A stretch of 64,000 bases of DNA from Octopus sinensis. Taxonomy: Eukaryota. Below the pieces are notes generated by a model. It was not told the origin of the DNA and made no database searches. It worked only from the letters and a program-made list of their open reading frames with translations. This document shows positions 12,572 to 25,515 of this stretch, in pieces. Position 1 is the first letter of the stretch. Each line of letters opens with the position of its first letter. A program made the translations under genes and the position numbers. Location: assembly GCF_006345805.1 (NCBI RefSeq), contig NC_042997.1, positions 134,788,001-134,852,000 on the forward strand, written 5' to 3'.

Positions 12572-13616
12572 CCCGAATGGGGGAAAATACAAAAAAAAAA
12601 AAAAAAAAAAAAACTCAAGCTTGCTGAACAAGCTATGTGTTTTTGAAAAAATGCAACAAATTAACAATAATAGTAACAATTTTAGTAGTTCGACGTACCT
12701 GGCCAGAAGCCTTCAACAAATTAAACCACCCAACGATTGTTCTTTTACGCAGAAATTACGAATGCCTGGAACGCAGTTCATTTTGATTTTTATACCGATA
12801 ACCTCCATGAGATGCGCGTGCATATCGGTTTCCATGACAATTGATTGCGTCTGCCACCTACGGCATTCAACGCAGCTGCGTTTCGGTGTCTTGTTTCAGG
12901 GAAAGATGAGAGGTTACCTGAATTTGGATCTCAGCCATAAATCAGCATGTCTTGGAAAATTTACACTTACACCCCTGGAATAAATTTTAAGAATTTAACA
13001 TAAAAATGACATTTGATAAAATCTCGATTTTTTTGTTGCGCTTCAGTGTAAATTACTAGTAAGTAATATATCTGTTGTAAATCCTAGACTTGAATATTGT
13101 TCCCTCATTTCCTCATGGTGTATACAACCATGAGAAATGTTATAAAGAGGCACAGGCTTTGTCCTCCCTTTATTAGAGAAAGAGAAATGTAGTTAATTGG
13201 TGTTGACAGTGAAATGGACTTAGTAAATATAGGAAGAAAGAAGCGTTGTAACAACAAAGGCAAAATATATTAAAACATTCGGTCTTCAAAACAAAAAAGG
13301 AAGTGATTTAATTTCTCTCACGCTTCTAAAATTACTTTTAGTAAATGTATTTGCAGGGAAGCGAAACATTATACATTATAGTTGTAATATCAACTACAAA
13401 AACTATGACAACGATGACGATAACAACAAATTGCAGTTGAATCTCCTTTTAGACACAAAGTACATATCTAAAAGTAATTGTATGATTATCTTTGGTCACA
13501 TGTTTGCTCGAAAAAATTTGATCTGCAGATAAGAAACGAGAACAACAAGCGCGACTATAGATTACTAAACTAATACTCACTAACACACACACACGCGCGC
13601 GCGAGCACACACTTAT

Positions 13617-13647
<31 letters not shown>

Positions 13648-13724
13648 AACAAACAAACAAACACACCTTGCTACTAATGCTTCTGAAAAATGACGTTGAT
13701 AATTACCCATTCTCTATAACATTG

Positions 13725-13790
13725 AACTCCTATCTTGCTCGGCATGTCAATCTCCTGGAAACTGTTCAGAAGCGTACAATCAGACTTATT
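13725..13790 (+). mobile_element. CR1/L2-clade RT fragment
   Basis: SYLARHVNLLETVQKRTIRLI resembles the SPYLKKDI..LE.VQRRAT.LI motif. Confidence 0.5.
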
Positions 13791-14254
13791 CACTGTTCAC
13801 TTCTTTATTCTTTATACTGTTCATTAAGTTTTGGTTACTTTTTCTTTTCTGATGAATTGCATCTGAGCACTGTATACAATAAGTTCATTATTTATTAGAA
13901 ATATTAAATTTCTAAATGTCTCAAAGAGACATGAGCGGTGGTGGAGCGATAGAGTGGTTGTATACTGTCAACATAACGTGACAGTCCCGTATGGGAATTA
14001 CACCACCGCTGTTTAGCCCTAGGAAGCATCGACGCTTCCTATCGGCTTTGACTTAGTAACAAATGCTGTGAACATATATGACACCAACCAATCATTTAAC
14101 AATTGAAATTTCGTTCCGTGCTCAAGAAAGAACTCATTGATTTAGTAGCTGATTTATCCTTCCTTTCTACTTCCTTCCTTCCTCAAATCTATACAACAGT
14201 TTCCCGAGCAAATTGTAGGGTGTTTTCTATTTGGTGACAAATATATATTTACTC

Positions 14255-14469
14255 TTTACTCTTTTACTTGTTTCAGTCATTTGACTGCGGCCATGCTGGA
14301 GCACCGCCTTTAGTCGAGCAAATCGACCCCAGGACGTATTCGTTGTAAGGCCTAGTACTTATTCTATCGGTCTCTTATTGCCGAACCGCTAAGTTACGGG
14401 GACATGAACACACCAGCATCGGTTGTCGAGCGATGTTGGGAAGACAAACACAGACACACAAACACACAC

Positions 14470-14531
<62 letters not shown>

Positions 14532-14534
14532 TAT

Positions 14535-14611
<77 letters not shown>

Positions 14612-14772
14612 CACGACAGGCTTCTTTCAGTTTCCGTCTACCAAATCCACTCCCAAGGCTTTGGTCGGCCCGAGGCTATAGTAGAAGACACTTGCCCAAG
14701 GTGCCACGCAGTGGGACTGAACCCGGAACCGTTTGGTTGGTAAGCAAGCTACTTACCACACAGCCACACCTG
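14255..14772 (-). mobile_element. Composite tRNA-derived SINE with expanded internal (TA)n
   Basis: Reverse complement of the 988-1378 element. Confidence 0.8.
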
Positions 14773-15849
14773 AGCCTATGCATATTTATGCATATTTACT
14801 TGGAAATTGGTTCGCTTACGGTTCGACAAATCATAGTGTGAACATTTTTTTTCTTTGCACAGCACAACTTACACTTGTCTGGAATGGTCTTGCCTACTTA
14901 TTGAAACAATAAAGAAAATATTATCGTCGACTATTATTTTTTTCTCTCATTACCTATTTGACCCTCCTTTAGCATTTCAATGTCTCAAATGTTAAATATA
15001 CATAGAAAAATGGAATTGCTTAGATAATGAATAATAAGTGAGAGGCGATGTTATTCGACTTGTAAACACTAAGTAAGTGGCCGCGAACTTATTTAATTCA
15101 TAAGGCAACAATGGTCAAAATAAATTCAATGAGAGAGAAAAAAAAAAAAACCAGAGGAAAAAGAAATTTGGTCAATGTTTGATATCATTTTAAGTTTTCC
15201 TGAAATTTTACTTATAGCATTAATAAAGTCATATCTTAGTTTCTATAGTTCAGTGTAACAAGTACCACTGACTATCAAATTCTGTTCAATCAATAATTGC
15301 TTAAGAATGTAACAAACATTTAGAATGCAAAAAAAAAAAAAAACAGAAAAAAGCAAAAGACAACTTCAAGTATAGAAACTAAGGGGAGAAAAATCAATGC
15401 ATAGTGTAGTAGTTACCTCCCTTAAGCAAATTATCGCCCTTCGTGGATTTAATGCGCTAACCTAGAAACTGCCTTCACAAACTATTAAAAAAAAGTGCTT
15501 ACAAACTACTAAAGTAGTATTATAAAATTGTTCATTCAGTCATTTACATAAATAGCTTTGCATAGTTATGCAATCTAAGCAGACTAGGTGTATAGAAGTA
15601 ATAGATTTAATTGAAAAATAATCATTTTGATTAGACAACTTGTAATATGAAGAGAATTAAAATCGATTCATTTATGTTGCTGGAATATAGTTTATCAACA
15701 CCGGTTATCTGAAGAGTAAAGCCTTTCCCTTTACAATTACTTTGTACGGAAACATCCTTAGTTTTATTGTGGAATATTCTCCTTATAGATTTTATATAAC
15801 TCGACTTTAGAATGGTCGGTGTGTTAGAAACTACATGACATTGGAAATA

Positions 15850-16690
15850 TTTTGGAGATTAGTCGTGTGGCTCAAGAAATTTTTTTTAAAGGTTGTAGTC
15901 AGACGGATGCAACTAGTACAGCCCTCCCTGATCTTGAAAGGAGTCCCATAGGGAAATGTCTTAGGGATATTCTATCGAACACAACTCAGACATACTTTCT
16001 CACAATCTATGCCAATGATATAAAAGTTTTACAGGTAATGAAGTATTCTGATCATGCCAGACAACCGCGGCATTAACTTAATCCAGTCTACAAGAAGGCC
16101 GAAGTAAATAATATGCAATTTAAAGCCTGAAAATTACGAGCTATTCGCTATAAATCTACAAACACATTACTGAGATGGCAACGATGTGCTAAAGGTTGCT
16201 GGGGTGGATTTTGATATCAGGCCGTGAGAGTCGGAAGCTGTGCTTGTTTTGTGAAGAACAATCCTTGTCAGACGTTTGATCTATTCCACACCACTAGAAA
16301 TTATGCTACCAGAAGATCGTTACAGTGCTATAACTAAGGTACTGGAAGAGGCTGAAAGCGATAAAATTCACCTTCTCGGGCAGAGAACTAGAAAGATATG
16401 TAGTGATCCATACGTTAAAGAACTTTGAAGAACTACCACTAGAATAGGAACAACACGATATACAAGTATAGTGCCAAATATAGCAGGACTACATACTGTA
16501 ATAACTTAAGGATCAACAGCCCACAGATTATCAATATCTCATCAAAGAAACTGAAAACGCTACGGGGAGTGGATGTAAATGTATTCAAAGGTATCTGGAT
16601 GCTCCGCTATCTGCGATTCCTGACAAACTGCGCTAAGAAATGCAACAGAGAGCATTGGTATTAAACTTCTTCATTCAACCAAAATTCTCT
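15850..16690 (+). mobile_element. Decayed CR1/L2-clade LINE, RT and C-terminus
   Basis: IYANDIK (YADD), NNMQFK, YWKRLK...RY, and LRGVDVNVFK..LD..LSAIPD remnants across frames. Confidence 0.7.
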
Positions 16691-16756
16691 TGAGAAACAA
16701 TATTAGTTTCCTCTTTGTCTCGATCTTTTAAATCTGTCCATTTACTTTATAACATA

Positions 16757-18635
16757 GTAGCAGGCGTACTCGACGTTGTCCGGGTGCATTAGTTCGAAAA
16801 GGCTAAGAAACTAATAAAGCGATTAACACCCACTCCGTTAAGCACCTTTCACGCTTTATGGCAAGACTAACATCTAAGTAACTCTTTAAGGGAACCGCAC
16901 GTGTAATATTACGACAACAATCAAATGAAATGATAAAGCAACAAAAGTTATAACAGCAATAATGTAGGACTGAAATATAGCACCAGTACGGCAAGTCTAC
17001 AAATCTTCCTTATAAACAACATTTTTTAGTTTTCCCCTGGGAGATGAAGGCATGTAAACTGTTCCTAAAACCCTCTCTTGAGCAGCAAACGTACAGTTGA
17101 CCGCATGAAGAGCACGGTTCGGCTAAAGTAAAGTCCAACAACAGACAGAAATTGTCCCTGAGACTTATTAATAGACATGGCGTAACTGAGTCTAATTGGA
17201 AACTGCACTCTGCGGAATGTGAATGGTAAGTAAGCAGCCGAAGGCACAAGGGCAATCCGCAGTATGAAGACGTCTTGACCTTTACCACAGACAGTCATAA
17301 TCGTTGCTTCAATGATATTGGGAAGTAATTTTGTTATAACAAGAGGTGTACCGTTGCCCAACGTCGGTGGATTTAAATTCCTTATCAGCATAACAGGGCT
17401 ACCTACTTTAAGACTAAGAATATGTGGAGGTAACACCTGAAGGCTCCAAGGAATTCAAAAATTCAGTGGGATAATCAACTACTTCATCCTGATTGGGAAT
17501 GGTGTCTACTGACGTATAGACTGTCATGTCACCAGGCAAACGCAGTAAGAGGCTGTTGTTGATTGCACTGACCGCAACGTTTTTAGGGGCCAAAATAGCT
17601 CTTTGGCAATGCCAATCTAGATCTCAGTTGTGGACTTTTAGGACTGGAAAGACCTGGTCCTGAAAACTCTGGATAATACTGGCTATTGTGAAAATGTTAC
17701 TTATGTTAACATCATTTCTGTCTTCTGGAACTTCACCATTGCCAAGAAAGAGAATGTCCCTCGAAAATCTTCTGACAATGGGTCCTCATGGAGGCGCGCT
17801 CTCATGTTGGATTTTAACTTTAAAGTAACAACATGACTCCATAGAGGTGAAGACTTAAGACATGCCATTACTTCATCCACCCTTGAGCCTTTCGGAACCA
17901 CTGGCAATGTTTGCCTAAAGTTCCCAGATAGCAAGACAGTGACACACACCATCGGTTCGTGGCTTTCATTTATGTCTCGCAAAGTTCCATCCAATGCCTT
18001 GTGAGCCATTGTGCATTCATCCCAGACAATCAGGCGGCATTGTGAGAGCAATTACCCGTTGTCCGACGTCTTTGAAATGTTGCAAACAGGCGTTGGTGAA
18101 CTTGCGAGGTTAAGGGGAAGCTTAAACGTAGAGTGTGCAGTCCTACCACCAGGGAGCAGAGTAGCAGGTATGCCCGAAGTTGCTACAATTATTGCAATGC
18201 ACTTTTGTAGCCTTACTTTTGCAAGAATGAGTCTAGTTACGAACCTTTAGCCTGTCCCGCCAGGAGCGTTGAGGAAGAATATGCTACCTTTACGTTGTAA
18301 TGGATGAATTAAGAAAATAACTAATATAGTTCAGATAATAAGAAATAAGCATACTCAGTTTCATTTTTTACCAAATAAATTACGAAGGAGGGAATGGGTT
18401 ATTTCCCTTGGAAGCTTAAAAATAATTACGCCTGCCGATCAACCGCACGCAAATGTTATGCCTCCGCCGTTTCCTCGAACATTTTTTCGAAATCAATTTA
18501 TACTTAAAACCTCCCCAGACACATAAGCAATGTTCGTGTGAAGTTTAAGAAAAATCGGTCGAGCCGTTTTGGCGCAAAACGAGGACATACCAATACACAC
18601 ACACACAGAGACATTTTCAGTTTTAATATGTAAGA
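16757..18635 (-). mobile_element. Helitron deletion derivative retaining the Pif1-helicase half of RepHel
   Basis: Walker A remnant IFFLNAPGGTG*, GGRTAHSTFKL, LIVWDECTM, GNFRQTLPV, LKVGSPVMLIRN, QFPIRLSYAMSINKSQGQ. 5' A|TC terminus at 18635/6; 3' hairpin (~16768-16785) next to a degenerate CTRR end. Confidence 0.85.
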
Positions 18636-19225
18636 TATTATATTATTTTTAATATCAACGGTAAGTTTTCTGAATACATTCTGAACTATTTACGATGCTT
18701 TCTACTAACTATATTAAATTAATGTTTCCTTAATATCTAACAAACAATCGTTCTAAATTTAAATGAAACAAGACCTGTGGATATGTTTTATTTCTCTACT
18801 ATCTCTACAATATCTCTGCACTGATCTTTTATGTTCCCCCGCCAGGAGTACACTTTAGCGACTCATATCTAATGTATGAATCTTCATTTCGCTTCACCCA
18901 TCCGTATGAGAAACACCTCGAATAAAGATGTATAGGATTGTCTCTCTTTAGATTTGAATGTGGAATTAATGTGATTTAATGTAAATCAACTAGGTGCACA
19001 AAATGTTCATATCAAAGGAGACCAAGACACTTACACAACAGAAACACGTGTCGAAATGTAATATGAAGAAAATTCTTTAATAAATAAATTTTGAAGACGT
19101 AAAATTCTCACTTCTTTATTAATATTTCTTGATTGTATACATATGTATGTACGTAAGAATGGCTGAATGTATGTATGTATGTATGTATGTATGTATGTAT
19201 GTATGTATGTATCTATGTATGTATG

Positions 19226-19337
19226 TCATTGTTCAGTTTTATTTTAAGATTTCTTGCCAATAGAGAACGAACCGGATTCTAACCTAGATCCAAGTCTCCT
19301 TCCTTGGAATCTCAACACCAACAACAGGTTATTTTTG
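19226..19337 (-). repeat. ~110-bp interspersed element embedded in (TATG)n
   Basis: Homologous to 41222-41332 in the opposite orientation; both abut tetranucleotide tracts. Confidence 0.7.
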
Positions 19338-20719
19338 TATGTATGTATGTATGTATGTATGTATGTATGTATGTATGTATGTATGTATGTATGTATGTGA
19401 GCGTGCACTAACGACGTATCCGATGCCATTCGTGGAAGCTTTCGCTCGCGTCTTAGGTTCGACTGACCCTTGCTCGACCGCCTTTGGCACGGAACTTTTC
19501 TCGACTTAACTGCGGCTCTTGGTGGACCAAATCAGATATTCAACCTATGTAAGTGTCTTTTCAAAACATTGTCTGGTTTAAAAAGTTACATCATATACCA
19601 TGATGGTTCTAAGTTGTAGGTACAAGAGGTGGTCAAACTCTGCATAAGGAGTAGACAACCACTATGTATGTATGTATGTATGTATGTATGTATGTATGTA
19701 TGTATGCGTGTAGATTTGTATGTTTTGTTTTATGCATGTCTTCTCATGCATATACTTTCACATCTAGACATGCTCATATTACATGGTAAAATGCGAGCGA
19801 GGGAAATAATATTCTTAAGATTATAATCCTGGAAAATTAGAGGACAAGTTATTACATTTTGAAAAGTTTGGGACAACTTATTACATCTCGTTAAGTACAG
19901 AACAAGAAAAACTTTACTTAAATATATTATTTCATTTGCCCGCATTTTCCCATGTAATCCATGTTTCTTCCATTATTTATGCTAATTAATAATATGTCAA
20001 ATGTATCAATTAGCGTTGCCGTTGATAATTTTATCCTTACCTCAATGACGTCGGTGACATATATTAAAAGTTCCCTTATAGAACTATATTCATAAAAAAG
20101 TATATTATCACCCTCAAATTTCTGAAACAAACTCTCATAACTTATTTCTTTGAAAGCTTCATTGCATGAGATTGATAACATGAAGTTCCTCGAATTGAGC
20201 TCTATCATTTAAGCTTAATTAAAATATAGTTTGTTTTTAAAATAAAAAAAAGTTAATTATACTTAAATCCAATTTTTTGACTTTCTTATATTTTTTTCAT
20301 ACAACTTTTTTGATACAAATTTTTATTGAATGGGAACAAAACTATGAAATTCTTCATGCTTTCTTCTATCATTGAAGCTAAGATAAATATATTTTGCTTT
20401 TAAAATAAAAAAAAGTTATTTAGATCTAAACTTGATTGGTGGCGTTACTTACTCTCCTATAACGTTGCTCCAAATTTTGATGTAAACCTTTTTCTACTGG
20501 TTCATATCAATTTTTTAATGTCAAAATATAGCTAGGGACCAGCCCTCTTCAAAACTGCTAATAGTTTTCAATTTGGTTAAGAACTGAATTAGCGACAAGC
20601 TCTGAAAGATGCTGCGTGTGAGTAAATTGCGGCCTTAAGAATATATATTATTCAGCTACTACCGTAGGTGAATGATATATTTAAATGACAGACTTCTGGA
20701 AAGTTTTACTAATTTTTTT

Positions 20720-21455
20720 TAGTTCTAGAACATTTTTACCTGATTCGGAAGATTTTTTTTTTTTGGCATGCTGAAGCCAAAACTGGAATTCATTTATACT
20801 ATCACCTGTGATATTTTATTTAAAACTTCGCGTACTTGGTTACCAGGAAGTATCAACCAAGCCAGAGGTATCCACAAAGAAGCCGGATAACTTCAGCATT
20901 AGCTCATCAGACTCATAGCTGTTTGATCAAAAGGAATTCAGTCACGTGGTAAGGGACTTACACTTATCAAAGGAATCTGCAGAAGTTCTTACATCTCGAT
21001 TAAAATCGGAAAAAAATAAACATACATAAAGATGGAACTTAAGTCACCTTCTGTCACACTGGCAATGCTGAATTTCTTCCGTTCTTCACGGAAAATGATT
21101 AGTTATTGCATTGCACAAATATTGAGAGGCTGCTTCGGATGATGGGATTAGCGGAATATGATGCAACTGATTGGCACCTATTTATTGACAGTTCGAAAAG
21201 AAGTTTGAAATGTGTTTGGCTCCACAGTGGAAAAATATTGACCGAAGTTGTGAAAGAAGTGGTAGAGAAAATTAAGCACCACAATTATCAATGACTGGTG
21301 CGTGGAATTTCAGGTAGTTAATTTTCTCCCGGAGCAGACCAAAATCTTGGCCGATGAAAAAAAAAAATACCAAAAACAAACGGTGTGGTTTTCGGATTCT
21401 GTGCGTCAAAAAACCCAAATTTTTCACCACATAAAACAACTTTTTTAGGTCAGTG
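20720..21455 (+). mobile_element. Chapaev3-like (CMC) DNA transposon remnant
   Basis: FDQKEFSHVVRDLHLSKESAEVLTSRL and EYDATDWHLFIDSSKRSLKCVWLHSG match the W.LFIDSSKRSLK.VLLH.G transposase motif; CACTG-type right terminus (ggtcagtg, ~21453). Family assignment is from memory. Confidence 0.6.
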
Positions 21456-21523
21456 TAATCAGCATGGAGATCTAAACATAATGACAGTGACATTAGTACA
21501 TACGTACTCACAATTCCTACTTC

Positions 21524-21765
<242 letters not shown>

Positions 21766-21998
21766 TTGTTAAAAAAAGTCCGTTTCCATGTTTTTTTTAC
21801 GTTTTCGTTTCTCGTTGAGTTCTACGTCTATTTGTGGTGTCCTGTACTCACACATATATATTTATATATGCATGTATATATACATGTAGATGTAGGTAGT
21901 ACATATATGTATGTATGTATGCATATATTTTATTTATTAATTTATTGCATGACTGAGCGCCCTCGCGTCGTTTCGTTTCTTTTCTGTTCTCCAAGTAA

Positions 21999-22050
<52 letters not shown>

Positions 22051-22053
<3 letters not shown>

Positions 22054-22365
22054 AATAAATGAACGAATGGAGTTGAACGATGAATTAACAAAATTCCTTT
22101 ATTTTATTTTCGACATATGTTTCGAAGGCTGTTTAATCGAAAATATGTTTAATCGAAAATAAAATAAAGGAATTTTGTTAATTCGTCGTTCAACTCCATT
22201 CTTTCATTTATTTGTATTAAAAAAAAACACACAAATTTCCACACGATAGCACGTCATCTCTGCCCTAGGCATGTAGCTTCAACCGTGTTTTTCTGACGTG
22301 AATTTGCTACCCAGGTATCGGTTAACCGAATTATCCATAATAAGATAATTCATTCAACTACTCAA

Positions 22366-22402
<37 letters not shown>

Positions 22403-22690
22403 AGTAGGTGAATGAATTATCCTAGTATTGATAATTTCGGTTAACCGATACCTGGGTAGCAAATTCACGCCAGAAAACACGGTTGAAGCTACATGCCAAG
22501 GGTAGAAACTCCGTGTTCTTGTGTGGTAATTTGTGTAATATTTAAAATGAATAAAAGAATGGAATCGAACGAGGATTTTAACACAATTCCTTTAATTTCA
22601 ACACATGTTTCGAAGACTGCATATTCTTAATTCTGAAGGAATAAGGTGCATTATGCCGTCTTCTCATCAGGAAAGTCAAGGAAAATCAAT
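22051..22690. mobile_element. Fold-back non-autonomous Penelope-type element (two nested inverted repeats)
   Basis: IR 22051-22113 / ~22155-22215; IR ~22225-22372 / ~22398-22542 centred on (TA)n; carries an HHR at its right end. Confidence 0.65.
22596..22674 (-). ncRNA. Type I hammerhead ribozyme motif
   Basis: tttc-CTGATGA-gaagac...gtcttc-GAAAC-atgt-GTT-gaaa: stem I 4 bp, stem II closed by 6 perfect pairs, intact core, GUU cleavage triplet. Confidence 0.8.
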
Positions 22691-23508
22691 CAGCCTCAAG
22701 ACGGACAAAAACTTTTCTATGGCTTGCTACATATTGACCACAGTGATAATGAGTGATTTTGAAAAACCGTTAAAAGCCATGACGTCAAAATTATTTGGAA
22801 GAGGAATTTATGAAAATAAGAAGGGGACAGTATGCATGCTGTATGAATATGGATGCGGGGATGTTTGCTCTGGTTAATAAGTTTTATTGCTTATGTGTGT
22901 GTATGAGTGTGTGTATATAGCTGCATTTATGTCTATGTATGTATATGTGTGTAAACATGTATAGGTAGGGGCCGGTTGTCAGATAAATATAGCAGTAAAG
23001 CGAGAAATTTGTGTCTGTGTGTTTGATTGAGCGTATGACAGAGACAGATAAGTAGAAAGAGAGAGGTAAAGGTAGAGAGGAAGGGATGAACATACGCCAG
23101 TGACATATAGTATCATTGTTTTATGTAACGGATTAGACATAAAAGGGACGTGAAATTAAATACTAAAACAGAGAAATTATCAATATTAATTATCATTTAT
23201 ATGAATCAAAAGTGTGTTTTTGCCAGTGCATACACCTATAGGATGTTTCTGTTAACGTGTTAACTAAATGAAACTTGGAGAAAATTATATGGTAGAGCTC
23301 GGAAATACAAATTCCGCAAAATTTCCTGCCCTTATCAAAAGGAAAGGATACAGACAATATGGACCAATCCAGCTTAAAAGTTATATTATTGTCCTTAAGG
23401 ACAATAATATAACTTATAAATAAGTTTCATTTATATATAAATATATAAATTATGCACGCATATATATCTAGACGCACGTTTGTATACAGTTCTGAGTGCG
23501 TGTCTGTG

Positions 23509-23539
<31 letters not shown>

Positions 23540-24026
23540 CTGTGTGTGTCTGTGTGTGTGTGTATGTGCACGCTTCTTTTTTTCTTTGGTCCTCACTACC
23601 GCTTGACAACCGATGCTGGTATGTTCACGTTTACCAACTTAGCACTTCGGAGAAACAGTTTATTAGAATACATTACCAAGCTTAAAAAAAACAGATTGGG
23701 GTTGATTCACTCAATTAAAAATTCTTGAATGCGGTTTCACAGCATGACTGCATTCTCATGACTGAAACATGAACATACATACCTACATACTTACAAATAT
23801 ACATACCTAAATACATATATATATATATATATATAACATTTTATAAAGGGCTTAGTAAAATAAATTACTTTGCCACATACTGAACTCATTAGAAATAGCA
23901 GCCCAAAAAAATTTTTTTAGCCATTTCTAATACTTAAAGAAAATTTCTCTCAGATAGTGTTTACTCAAAATAACCCACGAAGGTATGGGGGTAAAAACAT
24001 TAAAACATCACAAGTGCAAAGATTAT

Positions 24027-24086
24027 TTGAGAACGTACGTTTCTAGATCAGCCAAATACAATTCGACATTTCTTTCGTCAGCTCAA
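24027..24086 (-). ncRNA. Type I hammerhead ribozyme motif (mirror copy)
   Basis: Reverse complement of 24696-24755. Confidence 0.7.
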
Positions 24087-24695
24087 AATTTCTTAATTCG
24101 GATTTGTAAACACTGAAAGTAGGAACATACCCTTTTGGCGACTTTTCACCTCCGAAGATCCGTTCAAAACTAGCAGTGCCAACAAATTCAAAATATGCAA
24201 GCGAAGAATTTCTGCCCTCCCTTTCCACCCACGTGGGCTAAACTAGCAAACACCATGTTTTATCGGTGAAAACCGAAGCATTAAACAGAGAGAAATGAAT
24301 TATTTTTTTTTTTGGGCTGCTATTTCTAATGAGTTCAGTATGTGGCAAAGTAATTTATTTTAGTAAGCCCTTTATAAAATGTAATATTTTGAATTCGCCT
24401 TAAATGGTCCCTTTACATACTGAATACTTGGTGAAATTGATTAATAATTAATTAATTTTACCCTCAATTGTTGAAAATATAATTCATTTCTCTCTGTTTA
24501 ATGCTTCGGTTTTCACCGATAAAACATGGTGTTTGCTAGTTTAGCCCACGTGGGTGGAAAGGGAGGGCAGAAATTCTTCGCTTGCATATTTTGAATTTGT
24601 TGGCACTGCTAGTTTTGAACGGATCTTCGGAGGTGAAAAGTCGCCAAAAGGGTATGTTCCTACTTTCAGTGTTTACAAATCCGAATTAAGAAATT

Positions 24696-24755
24696 TTGAG
24701 CTGACGAAAGAAATGTCGAATTGTATTTGGCTGATCTAGAAACGTACGTTCTCAA
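24696..24755 (+). ncRNA. Type I hammerhead ribozyme motif
   Basis: ttgag-CTGACGA-aagaaatgtc...gatcta-GAAAC-gtac-GTT-ctcaa: 5-bp stem I, palindromic helix III (AACGTACGTT); first stem II pair is an A/A mismatch. Confidence 0.7.
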
Positions 24756-25036
24756 ATAATCTTTGCAGTTGTGATGTTTTAATGTTTTTACCCCCATACC
24801 TTCGTGGGTTATTTTGAGTAAACACTATCTGAGAGAAATTTTCTTTAAGTATTAGAAATGGCTAAAAAAATTTTTTTGGCTGCTATTTCTAATGAGTTCA
24901 GTATGTGGCAAAGTAATTTATTTTACTAAGCCCTTTATAAAATGTAATATTTTGAATTCGCCTTAAATGGTCCCTTTACATACTGAATACTTGGTGAAAT
25001 TGATTAATAATTAATTAATTTTACCCTCAATTGTTG

Positions 25037-25071
<35 letters not shown>

Positions 25072-25132
25072 GAGAGAAAGAAATGTGTAGTGGCGATGAT
25101 AGATACACACACACACACATATATACATATAT

Positions 25133-25191
<59 letters not shown>

Positions 25192-25475
25192 CTTATATAC
25201 ATATATGTATATATGTATATATATATATATATATATATGCGTGCGTGTGTGTGTGTGTGTGTGTGTGTATCTATCATTCGTCATGATAGATCGGTAGCCA
25301 CTACACATTTCTTCCTCTCCATTTTTTGTCTGTTTGTTTCTGTCCTTGTTTCTTTCTATGTTCCTTTCTGTGGGGGAGCGTTGGCTCGAAACGTTGAAGA
25401 CTTTTTCAATTCCCGAGCGTTATACTGATACATCCGGTTTTCGTCTTTTGGTTTTTTTTTTCGTGAATTCTTCCC

Positions 25476-25511
<36 letters not shown>

Positions 25512-25515
<4 letters not shown>

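Larger units (their letters stand above)
23833..25040. mobile_element. Penelope-type pLTR element: inverted copy joined to a direct-repeat-bounded copy
   Basis: ~23850-24300 is the inverse of ~24480-24930; ~24310-24480 is a direct repeat of ~24870-25040; (TA)n on both flanks; diverged relative at 43960-44470. Confidence 0.7.

Noticed and set aside
19927-20208. 93-aa minus-strand ORF (MIELNSRN...)
   Set aside because: No motif, splice signals or paralog support; likely chance in AT-rich DNA.
24043-24739. Two identical 61-aa ORFs on opposite strands (MEREGRNSS...)
   Set aside because: By-product of the inverted repeat; no recognisable domain, and the frame is not kept in the 44-kb relative.
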